From an uncultured Verrucomicrobiae bacterium (lineage in GTDB: Bacteria; Verrucomicrobiota; Verrucomicrobiia; Limisphaerales; JAFGQR01), in assembly GCA_963788655.1 (NCBI GenBank), contig CAWBHS010000072.1, positions 192,001 to 256,000 on the forward strand: 64,000 bases of DNA. The letters run 5' to 3'. A program made the translations under genes and the position numbers. Position 1 is the stretch's first letter; every line of letters begins with the position of its first letter. A model generated the notes under the pieces. That model saw nothing but the letters and a program-made list of their open reading frames with translations. It had not been told where the DNA came from and did not search any database. Shown one piece after another: positions 30,839 to 40,967 of this stretch.

Positions 30839-31804
30839 CTATTCAGTGGCGGCCGGCGGCGGTGGATAGAGTGGCGTTCGCCGCAGACTGTCCACTGGAT
30901 CGACGACGGGAATGGGGATCAGGGAAGAAGGCGCTGGAAACGAGGGAGTCGTGGTGGTTGGCGGCTCAGGTTCAGGCTGATTTGAATGGGCGGCAATTGC
31001 CGGATTCGAGTGGGTTTGCGGCGATTCGCTTGGCGGCTGGCCATCTTCGGGCGCGGGTGTGCTTAACAATCGTTTTTCGTCAGGGTGTGGCCCCAACCAA
31101 GTAACTTTGCCGCTTTCCAAATCATAAACGGCGCCCAAGATCACCGTCCGCCGCGCCGTTACGCGGTCCCGAATCTCACGGCTTTGTTGGATAATATCCG
31201 TAATGGCCTGCCAGACGTTTTCCTTGATCGCTCGCGGAACGACTTCATCGGATTGCACCGTTTCGGTGCGGGCCTTGATAACCGCCGGCCGGATTCTATT
31301 CGCCAGCGCCGGCAGGTGACCGGGCAATTCTTCGTCCTGGGCCACGGCCGTGACCGCGCCGCATTTGGTGTGTCCCAGGACCACCAGCAACGGCGTCTCC
31401 AGGTGGACGACTCCGAATTCGAGACTGGCCAGTTCACTGGGGCCGGCCACATTGCCCGCCACACGCACGACAAACAAATCCCCAATCCCGCGGTCGAAAA
31501 TCAGTTCCACCGGCTCGCGCGAATCCGAGCAGGCCAGCACCGTGGCAAAGGGTTCCTGGCCTTCCGCGACGGTTTCATGCCGCCGTTCCGAATCGAGATG
31601 CGGATGCATCGATTTCGCGTCCGCAAAGCGGGTGTTGCCTTCCCGGAGAATCTGAAGCACCCCGAGGCGCATCAAGCGGTCAAACGAATCGATAGCGGGC
31701 TTTGGTTCGGCGCGGAGCGGAAGGCACCAGACGCCCAGCCCCAGGCTGGCTATCAACCAGCGTCGGCTCCAGGTTCGCAGATGTTTGGGCGGTCGCTTCA
31801 GCAT
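30839..31804 (-). CDS. Exported beta-class carbonic anhydrase with Pro-rich C-terminal tail
   Basis: EGNTRF, LACSDSRE, GDLFVVRVAGN, LGHTKCGAV; N-terminal signal-like segment. Confidence 0.92.
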   Translation of the reverse strand: MLKRPPKHLRTWSRRWLIASLGLGVWCLPLRAEPKPAIDSFDRLMRLGVLQILREGNTRFADAKSMHPHLDSERRHETVAEGQEPFATVLACSDSREPVELIFDRGIGDLFVVRVAGNVAGPSELASLEFGVVHLETPLLVVLGHTKCGAVTAVAQDEELPGHLPALANRIRPAVIKARTETVQSDEVVPRAIKENVWQAITDIIQQSREIRDRVTARRTVILGAVYDLESGKVTWLGPHPDEKRLLSTPAPEDGQPPSESPQTHSNPAIAAHSNQPEPEPPTTTTPSFPAPSSLIPIPVVDPVDSLRRTPLYPPPPAATE

Positions 31805-31861
31805 TACTCGTGCATCTCCTTGGAGTATCGGCTGGAAGCCCCACGGCTTGACGGATGGTTA

Positions 31862-31948
31862 GTAGCAGCCGACGTGAGGAGGCTCGCTTTTCCTTGGAAT
31901 AACCGTGCTGCGTCCGAAAAGAATGAGCCTCCTCACGTCGGCTGCTAC
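31862..31948. repeat. REP-like palindrome family A
   Basis: gtagcagccgacgtgaggaggctc...gagcctcctcacgtcggctgctac, perfect 24-bp arms. Confidence 0.88.
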
Positions 31949-31964
31949 CATTTCCAACAGGTTC

Positions 31965-34900
31965 TTAAAACTCGACCCGCAACGTCGCAATCCCCCATCC
32001 CGGCACCTTGATCGAGCGCGGCGCTTTGAGAAGGGGTTGCTCGCTGGTATCACTCAGCCAGGTTTCCTTCGGTTTCGTGCCGGGCCAGGATAATTTCACT
32101 TTTTCCTCCCGGCCCGAAGCGCCAAACAGTCGCACGATCCACGCCCGCCCGTCGTCGCTGGGCTTGAAGGCGGTGACCAATACCTTATCCGACGACACCT
32201 CGAAGCGCGGCCGCGTGGGCGCGTAACCGACCGACCGCGACCCAATCAAGGGCTGCGAACAATCGGCCCCGAACTTCGCTGCGGCGAGCGGATCATACTC
32301 GCGGTGCGGGCGCAGGTAATAGCGGAATACGGTCGGCCCATCCTGGTCGGCGCGGTAGTTGGTGTGCCAGTGATTGTTCATCACCCAGGAATAAATGGTT
32401 TGCGACGGCGGCAAGTGTTTGATCCATACGTCGGGATTGGTTTGCGAGCCAATCAAATTGGCCGTAATGCCGCCCACCTCGACCAGGGGCGCATCCACGC
32501 TGGCCCACGTGACGCCGTAGTCCGCGTTCGCAATGTCCACCCAGCGCTGCACGCTGAACCAGTTCTTGCACGCGGCGGGAATCTGGTCCACTTCGGGCCG
32601 TACCACCGCCCAGCCCACGTCCATCCGCGCGGTGCCGTCGGGCACGTTAAAGCCAAAGCCAAAGTGCAATCCTTCCTTCGCGCGCACGGGCAGCTTGTCG
32701 ATGGTGTTGATGATTTCCACGTGGTCCAGGCCGTCCACGGCGCGCACTTCGCGGCGGAGCTTCCGGCATCCGGGCGCCTCCGACTCAATCAATAGCGACG
32801 CGACCAACGGTCCGTTCTCTTTGATGGAAATGTGCGGTTTGCCGTTGCGTTGGAGATTTTTGAGGTCCGCGCCGGGTAGGTAAAAGAAATCGTTCAATGC
32901 CGTGGCCGCCTGGCTGTCCACCAGTTCAGCGCGGGCGGCGCGGCTTTGAAAACTGGCAATGGCCCCGGTGTGCTCGTCCAGGCGCAGCGTGAACTGCGGA
33001 TGCTCCAGCGTCACGCCTTCGGCCTTCACCCGGCCTTTGGCCAGCGCCGCGCCCGCTTCCACGCGATACGTTTTCGCCGCCAGGGGAGGAACGTCTTCGG
33101 CGAGAAACACCAGTTCGCCGGTTGAAAGCCGTTGCGACGGCACCGCTCGCCCGCGCGCGTCCACAACCCGATCGCCGGCGGCGGAATCTTTGGCGGAAAG
33201 GGTGATTAGGCCAGTGCGTTCCCACGAGCAAGTATTGAACACATCAAACGCGGACGTGCTCTTTGCATCCGAAGCGGGCGCTGCACCGGTCCGCCCTTGC
33301 CCCAACGCCAGGTTGAGCAGTTCATGCGACTGCCGGTCGGCGTCGAGCGCAAATCCTTGTTTGACCTGCCATTGCTGTTTCACGAAATCCACGTCCGGCT
33401 GGCTGATGCTGTTGTGCGCGCCCCAGGTGTGTTCGCTGTAAAGCAGCACATTCCGCCAAGCCGCTTGAAACTCGCTGGCCGGAAACAAACCCGGACTGCG
33501 AATGCCCCAAAGCGTTTCCGCTTGCACCAGGCGCTCGGCGGAGGCGCGATTCAATGCCGTTTCGCGTGCGGAAGAGCCGGCGCCGTCTTCCCAATACGGT
33601 GTGTAGTCGCCACGGTAGGTCGGCAATTGCGCACCGTAGCGAGCTGCGAATTGCTCGAAGGTCTCGGCCGTGGTCGAAATGACCAGGTGGGGATAAGCAT
33701 AGCGTTGGTTCCAATCCCGCACGACGTCCGCCAGCTTCTCATCAGGCGGGCCATTGTCACCGTGAACGCTCCAGCGCAGGTAAGTCAGGTCATACGGGTA
33801 TGATTTGGCTTCCAGTTGAAGCATATAATCCGGCACGTAGCGCGCCAGCGCTTCGCCGCTGCCAATGATGTGCCCCAACGCATAGCCCTTGGACGGGCAC
33901 CAGCACAGCACCCGCGATTTGCCGTCCGCGCCCACCCACCAGAACGGTTGGTTTTGCCAGGTGACCATCGTACCGCCCATCCGATCAAAATAGTTGGGCG
34001 CAAACGAAAAGTACTTCACCCCGGCCTCGGCCATCGCCGTCACCGTGCTCCAGGTGTAACCGGGCACATCGCTGATCATAGCCGAGACGATGGGCACCTG
34101 GCAGCGCTGCGCCAACCGCGTGGCGTAGCTCATCGACCGGACCAGTTCCTCGGGACGGCACAGGCCCGTCAGGATATTTCCATACAGGGCGTCGAGCCCA
34201 ATCCGGTGGTGCTGAACGGCCACAATGAATTCCCTCTGTTCTTCCGGCGTGGCCGTGCGCAAAAAGTTCTCCACCGGCCAAAGAACTTCGACGTTCCATT
34301 TGAAGCGCGCCCCCAGCGGGTAGTCTTTGGTTTCGCGAATCAACTCGAGTGCGCGCCGGATGTTTTCGTCTTGTTTCTTTTCCACGTCCGCTTGGAGCGC
34401 CGTGTATCCGATATCGACGTGCGATTGGGGCAGGATATGGATTTCCCATTTGCGCACCGGCTTGCGCGTGAACGTTCGGGTGGCCACGGTCTTGCCGGCC
34501 ACTTCGAGGCCGACCGAGGCTTGCGTTTCCTCCCACAAATGCGGCAGCGCGAAGTCGAGCGTCTGCGCCCCAGGCCGCAACGTGATGTCACGCGGCGCCA
34601 ACGTTCCCACGCGGATTTTCGCCGGCACGGGCGTGCTGTAGGGATAATCCAGGATGACTTGCAGCGGCTGCACGAGCGCGGAATCTTTTCGCTCCAGCAA
34701 AGGGAAGGCTTTGGTCTCGATCTGGACGTGTCTCGGTTGAGCCTCCGGTTCGCCGGCAGTGTAGAAGACCAGTTCGGCGCCACCAACCGTGCTGTAGTTT
34801 TGCGGTCCCAACGCCGCTACCCGCCAGCGAATCCGCTGTACGGACACCGGCGTCGGCAGCGTATAGAACGTTACCCCGCCGCGCTGGTTGACGTGCGGGA

Positions 34901-35285
34901 CGGTGATCCGAGCGGTGACGCCGCCGGCAGCGTCCAGGAACGTCAGTTCCGAAGCGGCCACGGTGGCGGGGTCGTTGCGATCCTGGTGGCGCAAGGCTGC
35001 GATGCGCGTTGGCTGTCCGAAATCGAACTCGATAAACGTGTTGGTGCCGTCGCTCTTCGAGGAATACTCCGTGCGCGGATCGCCATCCACCAGGTTGCCC
35101 ACCTCGTAATGCCCGCCCGGGTAGGCGACGGAACTCTGCACGATCCGGGGCGTCGATAACGGAATGAGGGGAACGAACGTGGTCGGCGCGTTGGTTGCGG
35201 AACTGGCAGTGGCTACGATTTGGTCGCCGGCAGCCACCAATCCGAGCACTGCCAAGGTAAACCAACAGCTCAAAGTATTTTGCAT
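31965..35285 (-). CDS. GH38-like glycoside hydrolase with N-terminal discoidin-like domain
   Basis: Signal peptide; NLVDGDPRT...FIEFDFG (F5/8-like); SHVDIGY, ISDVPGY, YSEHTWG, VMNNHWHTNY. Confidence 0.82.
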   Translation of the reverse strand: MQNTLSCWFTLAVLGLVAAGDQIVATASSATNAPTTFVPLIPLSTPRIVQSSVAYPGGHYEVGNLVDGDPRTEYSSKSDGTNTFIEFDFGQPTRIAALRHQDRNDPATVAASELTFLDAAGGVTARITVPHVNQRGGVTFYTLPTPVSVQRIRWRVAALGPQNYSTVGGAELVFYTAGEPEAQPRHVQIETKAFPLLERKDSALVQPLQVILDYPYSTPVPAKIRVGTLAPRDITLRPGAQTLDFALPHLWEETQASVGLEVAGKTVATRTFTRKPVRKWEIHILPQSHVDIGYTALQADVEKKQDENIRRALELIRETKDYPLGARFKWNVEVLWPVENFLRTATPEEQREFIVAVQHHRIGLDALYGNILTGLCRPEELVRSMSYATRLAQRCQVPIVSAMISDVPGYTWSTVTAMAEAGVKYFSFAPNYFDRMGGTMVTWQNQPFWWVGADGKSRVLCWCPSKGYALGHIIGSGEALARYVPDYMLQLEAKSYPYDLTYLRWSVHGDNGPPDEKLADVVRDWNQRYAYPHLVISTTAETFEQFAARYGAQLPTYRGDYTPYWEDGAGSSARETALNRASAERLVQAETLWGIRSPGLFPASEFQAAWRNVLLYSEHTWGAHNSISQPDVDFVKQQWQVKQGFALDADRQSHELLNLALGQGRTGAAPASDAKSTSAFDVFNTCSWERTGLITLSAKDSAAGDRVVDARGRAVPSQRLSTGELVFLAEDVPPLAAKTYRVEAGAALAKGRVKAEGVTLEHPQFTLRLDEHTGAIASFQSRAARAELVDSQAATALNDFFYLPGADLKNLQRNGKPHISIKENGPLVASLLIESEAPGCRKLRREVRAVDGLDHVEIINTIDKLPVRAKEGLHFGFGFNVPDGTARMDVGWAVVRPEVDQIPAACKNWFSVQRWVDIANADYGVTWASVDAPLVEVGGITANLIGSQTNPDVWIKHLPPSQTIYSWVMNNHWHTNYRADQDGPTVFRYYLRPHREYDPLAAAKFGADCSQPLIGSRSVGYAPTRPRFEVSSDKVLVTAFKPSDDGRAWIVRLFGASGREEKVKLSWPGTKPKETWLSDTSEQPLLKAPRSIKVPGWGIATLRVEF

Positions 35286-35461
35286 GTAGATATTATGTAC
35301 AACGGGTGACAATTGTTGCGCGAGAAAAAACACGGAACCGTTCCGCGCGGCGATCGTGAGCAGCGCGCTCCGCCAATGTTGGACGGGCGTCCCGCCGGTG
35401 CTGAAATGCCCAAAAGCGCCCGTTGTTCTGCAAATGCCCGAGGGCCGATGTCCATTGAATC

Positions 35462-36018
35462 TCGCGCAGTGTTTGGAGTGCGGGGCGCTTGCTTCCGCGT
35501 TCGTGTGACGCAGGCCGCGCGAAGACCGAGGCGGCGCACCCGATCATTTGAGTGCCGTTTCCTCGTCCGTAAGCGCCGGCAAGCCGGACGCACGCCAAAC
35601 GCTGGCGCGACTGACCGTACGCCACTTGCGAATGGCTGTGGTTTCCCGCAACCGGGACGGTTTTTGTGTGCGCCGAAGAACAGGCGTCCTACTTGTCTCG
35701 AACTGCCAGCAAACGCAAGCCGCCTGCGCGGCTCCCGATGACCAGTGAACGCTGCTGGTCATTCGAGACCGCCGGGACGGCTGTCCTACGGGGTGCGGAT
35801 ACGCAGCCTTACGAGCATTTGTGCTGTTCTTACTGTGCAGGCGACTGGATGGAATACACTTTGGATTAACCGATGGTTTTGTTTCCCCTCACCCCAGCCC
35901 TCTCCCCCGGGAGAGGGAGAATTGATGGCCGGTTTTCTGAAAACACGATGTCCCTTGGTTTCCGGAGCGGCACCTCCATCGGTTCCCTCTCCTTGGGGAG
36001 AGGGTTAGGGTGAGGGAG
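35462..36018. repeat. Intergenic cluster of repeat families C, D and E (CCCTCACCC.A.CCCTCTCCC...GGGAGAGGG.T.GGGTGAGGG)
   Basis: C at 35462-35610, D-like at ~35680-35789, E at 35884-36018. Confidence 0.78.
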
Positions 36019-36065
36019 AAGGAGCCGATTGAATGTCACCATGCGTAGTCCATCCCAAGCTCTCA

Positions 36066-37397
36066 TCAGTAAATCAGCCGTGTTCGTCCGGGAACAAACA
36101 CCGGATAGCTGCCGTCGGGACCGGGTTTGGTGGGCGGTTCCATGCCGTCATGGCAGTCCTCCGGGACCGGCGGGTAGTAGAAATCGGACGCATTGATTTG
36201 CTCCCAGGAAATCTCCTTACCAGTGTAGCAGGAGAGCTGGCCCATGACGCCGATCATCGTGCTGCGCACCATGTAATCCCCATGGTTGAGCGGCTTGCCG
36301 GAACGGATGGAGGCAAAGAGTTTGTCGTGTTCAATCTGGTATGGGTCCGCCTGGCCCTGCCAGCGCCAATTGTTTTCGCCCCAAATCCGGCAGGCTGTGA
36401 TCGAAGCCTGGCCTTTGCTGCCGTGAATTAGACTGGAAGATTCATTGTAGCATCCGGTGGTGGTGCGGCAGAAAGCATACATCCGGACACCGTTGGCGTA
36501 ATGGTACACCACGGAATGGTGATCGAACACGTCGCCATATTTCTGGTCCGTCATGGTGGAACGGCCGCCTAAACCATGGCAGTTGACTGGCGGCAGTTCC
36601 TTCATGGCCCAGGTTGCGCGGTCCACGTTGTGAACCAGCGACTGAACCACGTCATCGCCCGAGAGCCAGACAAAATGATATTGCGTGCTGCACTGCCATT
36701 CAAGTTCGGTCAGGCCCTGCTTGCGATCGGTGACGCCGTACGGTGCGCGCAAGAAGTTTTCCTCGATGGCGACAATATCGCCGATGGCGCCGTCGTGGAT
36801 GCGTTGCACGGTTTCCGCGTAACCGGGATGGTGCCGGCTGTGCAGACCGGAAACAACACTGAGCTTCTTTTCTTTGGCCAGATCACACGCGGCCTTCATG
36901 AGCTTGAGTCCGCGCGGATCAATGCCGTGGGGTTTTTCGGTGAACACATGTTTGCCCGCCTGGATGGCTGCCATGGTGTGCCACGGATGGAACTTGGCCG
37001 CATTGGCAATGAGCACCACGTCCACGTTTTCGAGGACTTGTTGGTAACCGTCAAATCCGGTGAAACATTTGTCGTCGTCCACCGCCACTTGGTCCGGACG
37101 CGCCTGTTGGATGGCGGCGCGCTTGCTTTTAACGCGGTCCATGAAGATGTCGCACATGGCCACCAGGCGGGCGCCCGGATCGGCGGTCAGGGCTTGGACG
37201 GCGGCGCCACTGTTGCGTCCGCCGCATCCAATCATGCCGACGCGCAGGACATCACTGCCCGCCGCGTAGGCGACGCGGGCGATATTCAGGCCGCCGAGCG
37301 CGACCGCTGAGACGGTCGTGGCCGATGTTTTGAGGAAAGTGCGCCGGGAAGTGCCTGGTGCGTTCACCGGTTTTTTGGAGGAGGACGTATCGTTCAT
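36066..37397 (-). CDS. Tat-exported Gfo/Idh/MocA oxidoreductase
   Basis: SRRTFLK twin-arginine motif; GMIGCGGR, AGKHVFTEKP. Confidence 0.9.
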   Translation of the reverse strand: MNDTSSSKKPVNAPGTSRRTFLKTSATTVSAVALGGLNIARVAYAAGSDVLRVGMIGCGGRNSGAAVQALTADPGARLVAMCDIFMDRVKSKRAAIQQARPDQVAVDDDKCFTGFDGYQQVLENVDVVLIANAAKFHPWHTMAAIQAGKHVFTEKPHGIDPRGLKLMKAACDLAKEKKLSVVSGLHSRHHPGYAETVQRIHDGAIGDIVAIEENFLRAPYGVTDRKQGLTELEWQCSTQYHFVWLSGDDVVQSLVHNVDRATWAMKELPPVNCHGLGGRSTMTDQKYGDVFDHHSVVYHYANGVRMYAFCRTTTGCYNESSSLIHGSKGQASITACRIWGENNWRWQGQADPYQIEHDKLFASIRSGKPLNHGDYMVRSTMIGVMGQLSCYTGKEISWEQINASDFYYPPVPEDCHDGMEPPTKPGPDGSYPVFVPGRTRLIY

Positions 37398-37584
37398 AGG
37401 CTGAGATGATTGGATGATGGTTACGAGTAAACGTTCGTTGCTATCGGTATCGACTGCTCATGCAATTTGAGTCTTGATTGTGTATCGCCGGCAGGCATTT
37501 GAAAAGGAACAAGTGCAGCCAAATCATGACGCTTCAAACGCCCATCGTTCTTTGCCTGATGCTCGTGAGACTGATCGAAAACTG

Positions 37585-37670
37585 GTAGCAGCCGACGTGA
37601 GGAGGCTCATTCTGATCGGGAGCCTTGCTGTCTTTCGAAGAAATTTGAGCCTCCTCACGTCCGCTGCTAC
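37585..37670. repeat. REP-like palindrome family A
   Basis: gtagcagccgacgtgaggaggctca...tgagcctcctcacgtccgctgctac, just downstream of pbpC. Confidence 0.85.
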
Positions 37671-37696
37671 TGGATGGTTGAAGGAGAAAGAGGCTC

Positions 37697-40291
37697 CTAC
37701 AATCGTTTCACTTCGATCCAGGTTTCGCGCTGGGCGCCGGTGGCGGGTTCACGGACGACCAAGCGGTGCCGGCCCGCGGTGAGTAGCACGACCGATTGTC
37801 CCTGGTCCTGGTTGCAGTCCAGCGAGTCGCATTGCCAGCGCAGTTCGCCAGTGCCTTCGGCCTGCAAACGGATACGACGGCTGTCGGGCGGCAGGTCCGG
37901 GTCCAGGAAATAAATGGTTCCGGGCAGCGGCGATACTATTCGCAGTGCGGGCGCCGTTTCCCGGAGCACGGCTTGATCGAGCAACCAATTGTCGCGGCTG
38001 GCGAACCAAGCGCGATATTCCGCCGCCAGTCGGACTCGGCCGGCAGCATCATAGTCATCGCTGGTTTCTAACGCGGGCAGTGCCGGGGCTATGAATTTCT
38101 CGACGGCTACCCAACGTGCTCGTCCATTTTGCTGGGTGGCCTCGGCCGCACTGGCGACCGGCGTTCGGAGCAATTTCCCGGTCAGAACTTGAATCGGTTT
38201 CTCGACCAGATTGGCCGGCGGATCGTACCAAGAGGTGCCAAAACGCCGATGCAAGTGCTCGAACAGATCGTGCAGGATGGGCGCCGCGCCGGTAACGCCG
38301 CTGACGTGTTCCATGGGCGTGCCGTCAAAATTGCCGACCCACACCCCCACCGTAAACTCCGGCGTGTACCCGAACGTCCAGTTGTCGCGAAAATCCGAGC
38401 TGGTGCCGGTCTTGCACGCGACGGGAAAGTTAAAGCGCAAATCCGAATCCATGCCAAACGTCAAAGCGCGCGCCGCGTTGTCACTGAGAATATCCGCAAT
38501 CAGCCACGCCGCACCCCGTTCGCATACTTGTCGCTTCATTCCTTCTCCCCCCCGTCGTCCGCCAGAGGCTTGCTGACCTCTGATTTCTGACTCCTGACTC
38601 CTGACTTCTGCCACCTGCCACCTGCCACCTGACTCCTGTCCTCTGTCCTCCGTCCTCTGTCCTCCGTCTTCCGTCCCCCGCACCAACCGATACGGCCGAT
38701 ACTCTCCCAAACGCGCCAGGCAAGCGTAGGCATTGGCCAGTTCGAGCAATCGCACCTCGGCGTTGCCGATGGTCAGGCCGAGACCGTAGAATTCCGGCGA
38801 TTCCGTCAGCGTAGTCAGCCCACATTTCTGGAGGCGATGTTGCAAGACCGCCGGTCCGCCGATGGAATCAAGCACCTTGACGGCGGCGATGTTAAGCGAA
38901 TTGGCCAAAGCCAGTCGGTAACGCATCGGCCCATAACATCGGCGGTCGTAATTGACCGGCGAATAGACCCCGGTGGGCGTGGCGAAATCGGTGGGCACAT
39001 CCGCCACGATGTTGGCCGCGGTGGCACCTTGCTCGAACGCCAGTAAGTAGGTGAACGGCTTGAGCGTCGAGCCCGCCGAGCGCGGCGCCCAGGCGCCATT
39101 CACTTGCCCGGCGTGCGGATCGAAATAGTCCTCCGAACCCACCAACGCGAGCACGTCACCACTGCGGTTGTCCAGAATGACGATGGCGCCGTTTTGAACG
39201 TGATGCGACTGGAGCCGCGTGAGATGACTTTTCAAGGTCTTTTCGGCAAACCGGTTCAGTTCCAAATCCAGTGTCGTGCGAACGCACGGCCCCCGTAGGA
39301 CAGGCGTCCCGCCTGTCCCGATTGATCCACGACGTCCTACTACCATCTGGTCGTCCGAAAAATTGTCGGCGCCATTGGTTATTCGGGACAGGCGGGACGC
39401 CTGTCCTACTTGCTGCAGCACCAAATCCACGAAGTGTGGCGCTTGAAAGACCCGCGTTGGTTTCGCCAGCCGGAGTGGCTCCGCGGCCGCCCGTTGATAT
39501 TCGTCAGCCGTCAAAAACCCGTTCTCCTGCATCTGCCGCAAAATCCATTGTTGACGTTTGCGGGCTGGCTCGAAGTGGTGATACGGATTCAGCCGCGTGG
39601 GCGCCTGGGGCAGTCCAGCCAGCAAGGAGCACTCCGCCACGCTCAAATCGCGCAAGGGTTTGCCAAGGTAGAATGCCGCCGCGGCGGCGCATCCGCGGTT
39701 GAGGTTCCCGTAATCGAGGCGGTTCAGGTATTCGGCCAGAATGCGTTGTTTATTCCAGACTTGCTCGAGCCGCAGTGCCTGGGCGGCCTCGATCAGTTTG
39801 GTGCGCAAAGTTCGCGGACGCGGCTCCGCCATTTTGATGAGCTGCTGGCTGATGGTCGAACCGCCCGACACCACCCGCCGATGCCGCACCAGGCTCACCG
39901 CTGCGCGCAAGGTGGCGCGCCAATCCACGCCCGGATGTTTCCAAAACCGTTTGTCCTCCGCCGCCAACGTGGCCTGCACCAGCGCCTGGGGCATCTCGGC
40001 GAATTTGACTTGCTGGGAAAAGCCTCTGTCGCCCTCCCGGACTTCGCGCAACGAACGTCCCTCCCGGTCGAGGAATTCCCAATTCGAATTGTTTGGGTGG
40101 AACAACGCCACCGGCAACGGCACCCAGCGCAAAGCCAGCCAACCGGCCACGGCGAAGACCAGCAAAGCTCCCCCGCACCAACCGATGCGTTTGAGCCCCG
40201 TTCGGAGTCCCGCCTTTAGGCGGCGCGGCGCCCGAATTGCCTGAAGGCTGGACTCCAAACCTGAAGCATTTCCTTTCGGATTGTTCTTCAT
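37697..40291 (-). CDS. pbpC: Penicillin-binding protein 1C
   Basis: Transglycosylase motifs EDKRFWKHPGVD and GGSTISQQL; transpeptidase motifs GSTLK, SLN, KTGTS; C-terminal LRIVSPLPG domain. Lies downstream of alpha-2-macroglobulin. Start uncertain. Confidence 0.9.
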   Translation of the reverse strand: MKNNPKGNASGLESSLQAIRAPRRLKAGLRTGLKRIGWCGGALLVFAVAGWLALRWVPLPVALFHPNNSNWEFLDREGRSLREVREGDRGFSQQVKFAEMPQALVQATLAAEDKRFWKHPGVDWRATLRAAVSLVRHRRVVSGGSTISQQLIKMAEPRPRTLRTKLIEAAQALRLEQVWNKQRILAEYLNRLDYGNLNRGCAAAAAFYLGKPLRDLSVAECSLLAGLPQAPTRLNPYHHFEPARKRQQWILRQMQENGFLTADEYQRAAAEPLRLAKPTRVFQAPHFVDLVLQQVGQASRLSRITNGADNFSDDQMVVGRRGSIGTGGTPVLRGPCVRTTLDLELNRFAEKTLKSHLTRLQSHHVQNGAIVILDNRSGDVLALVGSEDYFDPHAGQVNGAWAPRSAGSTLKPFTYLLAFEQGATAANIVADVPTDFATPTGVYSPVNYDRRCYGPMRYRLALANSLNIAAVKVLDSIGGPAVLQHRLQKCGLTTLTESPEFYGLGLTIGNAEVRLLELANAYACLARLGEYRPYRLVRGTEDGGQRTEDRGQESGGRWQVAEVRSQESEIRGQQASGGRRGGEGMKRQVCERGAAWLIADILSDNAARALTFGMDSDLRFNFPVACKTGTSSDFRDNWTFGYTPEFTVGVWVGNFDGTPMEHVSGVTGAAPILHDLFEHLHRRFGTSWYDPPANLVEKPIQVLTGKLLRTPVASAAEATQQNGRARWVAVEKFIAPALPALETSDDYDAAGRVRLAAEYRAWFASRDNWLLDQAVLRETAPALRIVSPLPGTIYFLDPDLPPDSRRIRLQAEGTGELRWQCDSLDCNQDQGQSVVLLTAGRHRLVVREPATGAQRETWIEVKRL
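38573..38675. repeat. Heptamer tandem-repeat tract in frame inside pbpC
   Basis: (tctgact/cctgact/cctgcca/tctgtcc)n, encoding TEDGGQRTEDRGQESGGRWQVAEVRSQESEIRGQ. Confidence 0.8.
39295..39409. repeat. REP-like palindrome family D inside pbpC
   Basis: Perfect 27-bp inverted arms gtaggacaggcgtcccgcctgtcccga / tcgggacaggcgggacgcctgtcctac. Confidence 0.9.
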
Positions 40292-40302
40292 GACAATTCC
40301 GG

Positions 40303-40871
40303 CAGCGAATGTTTGAAGTGCGCCCTCCATGTCCGCAACGCGCCGAACGTCCTCCCTCTCCCCAAGGGAGAGGGCCGGGGTGAGGGGGAAGGAGCCGTCC
40401 GCCAATCCAGATGGCTCCGACCGGTTCCACGAGCGTCCCTCTCCAATTCGAAGCGCTTGATCCATCCGGGGCCGCCGTTCCCCCTCACCCTAACCCTCTC
40501 CCTCAGGGAGAGGGAACAGCCAGCGAATGCGCTGAACCATAAGTTCACTTCGGCAGCATTCACCGCCACTTGGTTGTTCGCCCTCCGCACCAGCGAATGT
40601 TTGAAGTGCGCCCTCCATGCCCGCAACGAGTCGAACGTCCTCCCTCTCCCCAAGGGAGAGGGTCGGGGTGAGGGGGAAGCAACCGTCCTTACCTCCAGAC
40701 CGCTTGGACGTGTTATATCCCCATCCCTCTCCAATTCGCAGCACGTGATCCATTCAAAGCCGCCGTTCCCCCTCACCCTAACCCTCTCCCTCAGGGAGAG
40801 GGAACAGCCGGCGGAAGCGCTGAGACCTTTGTTGACGTTGACAGCATTCACCGTCGCCTCGTTGTTCGCCC
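40303..40871. repeat. Two diverged 288-bp direct repeats built from family E palindromes
   Basis: cagcgaatgtttgaagtgcgccctccatg at 40303 and 40591; ttgttcgccc at 40574 and 40862. Confidence 0.85.
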
Positions 40872-40967
40872 ACTTGGCTAGCTCATGTTTGACGGGCGTC
40901 CTCCGCCTTCGCAACGCGCCGAGCGGCCTCCCTATTTGTTCCATCTTCGCTCGCTGTCCAGGCCCAC

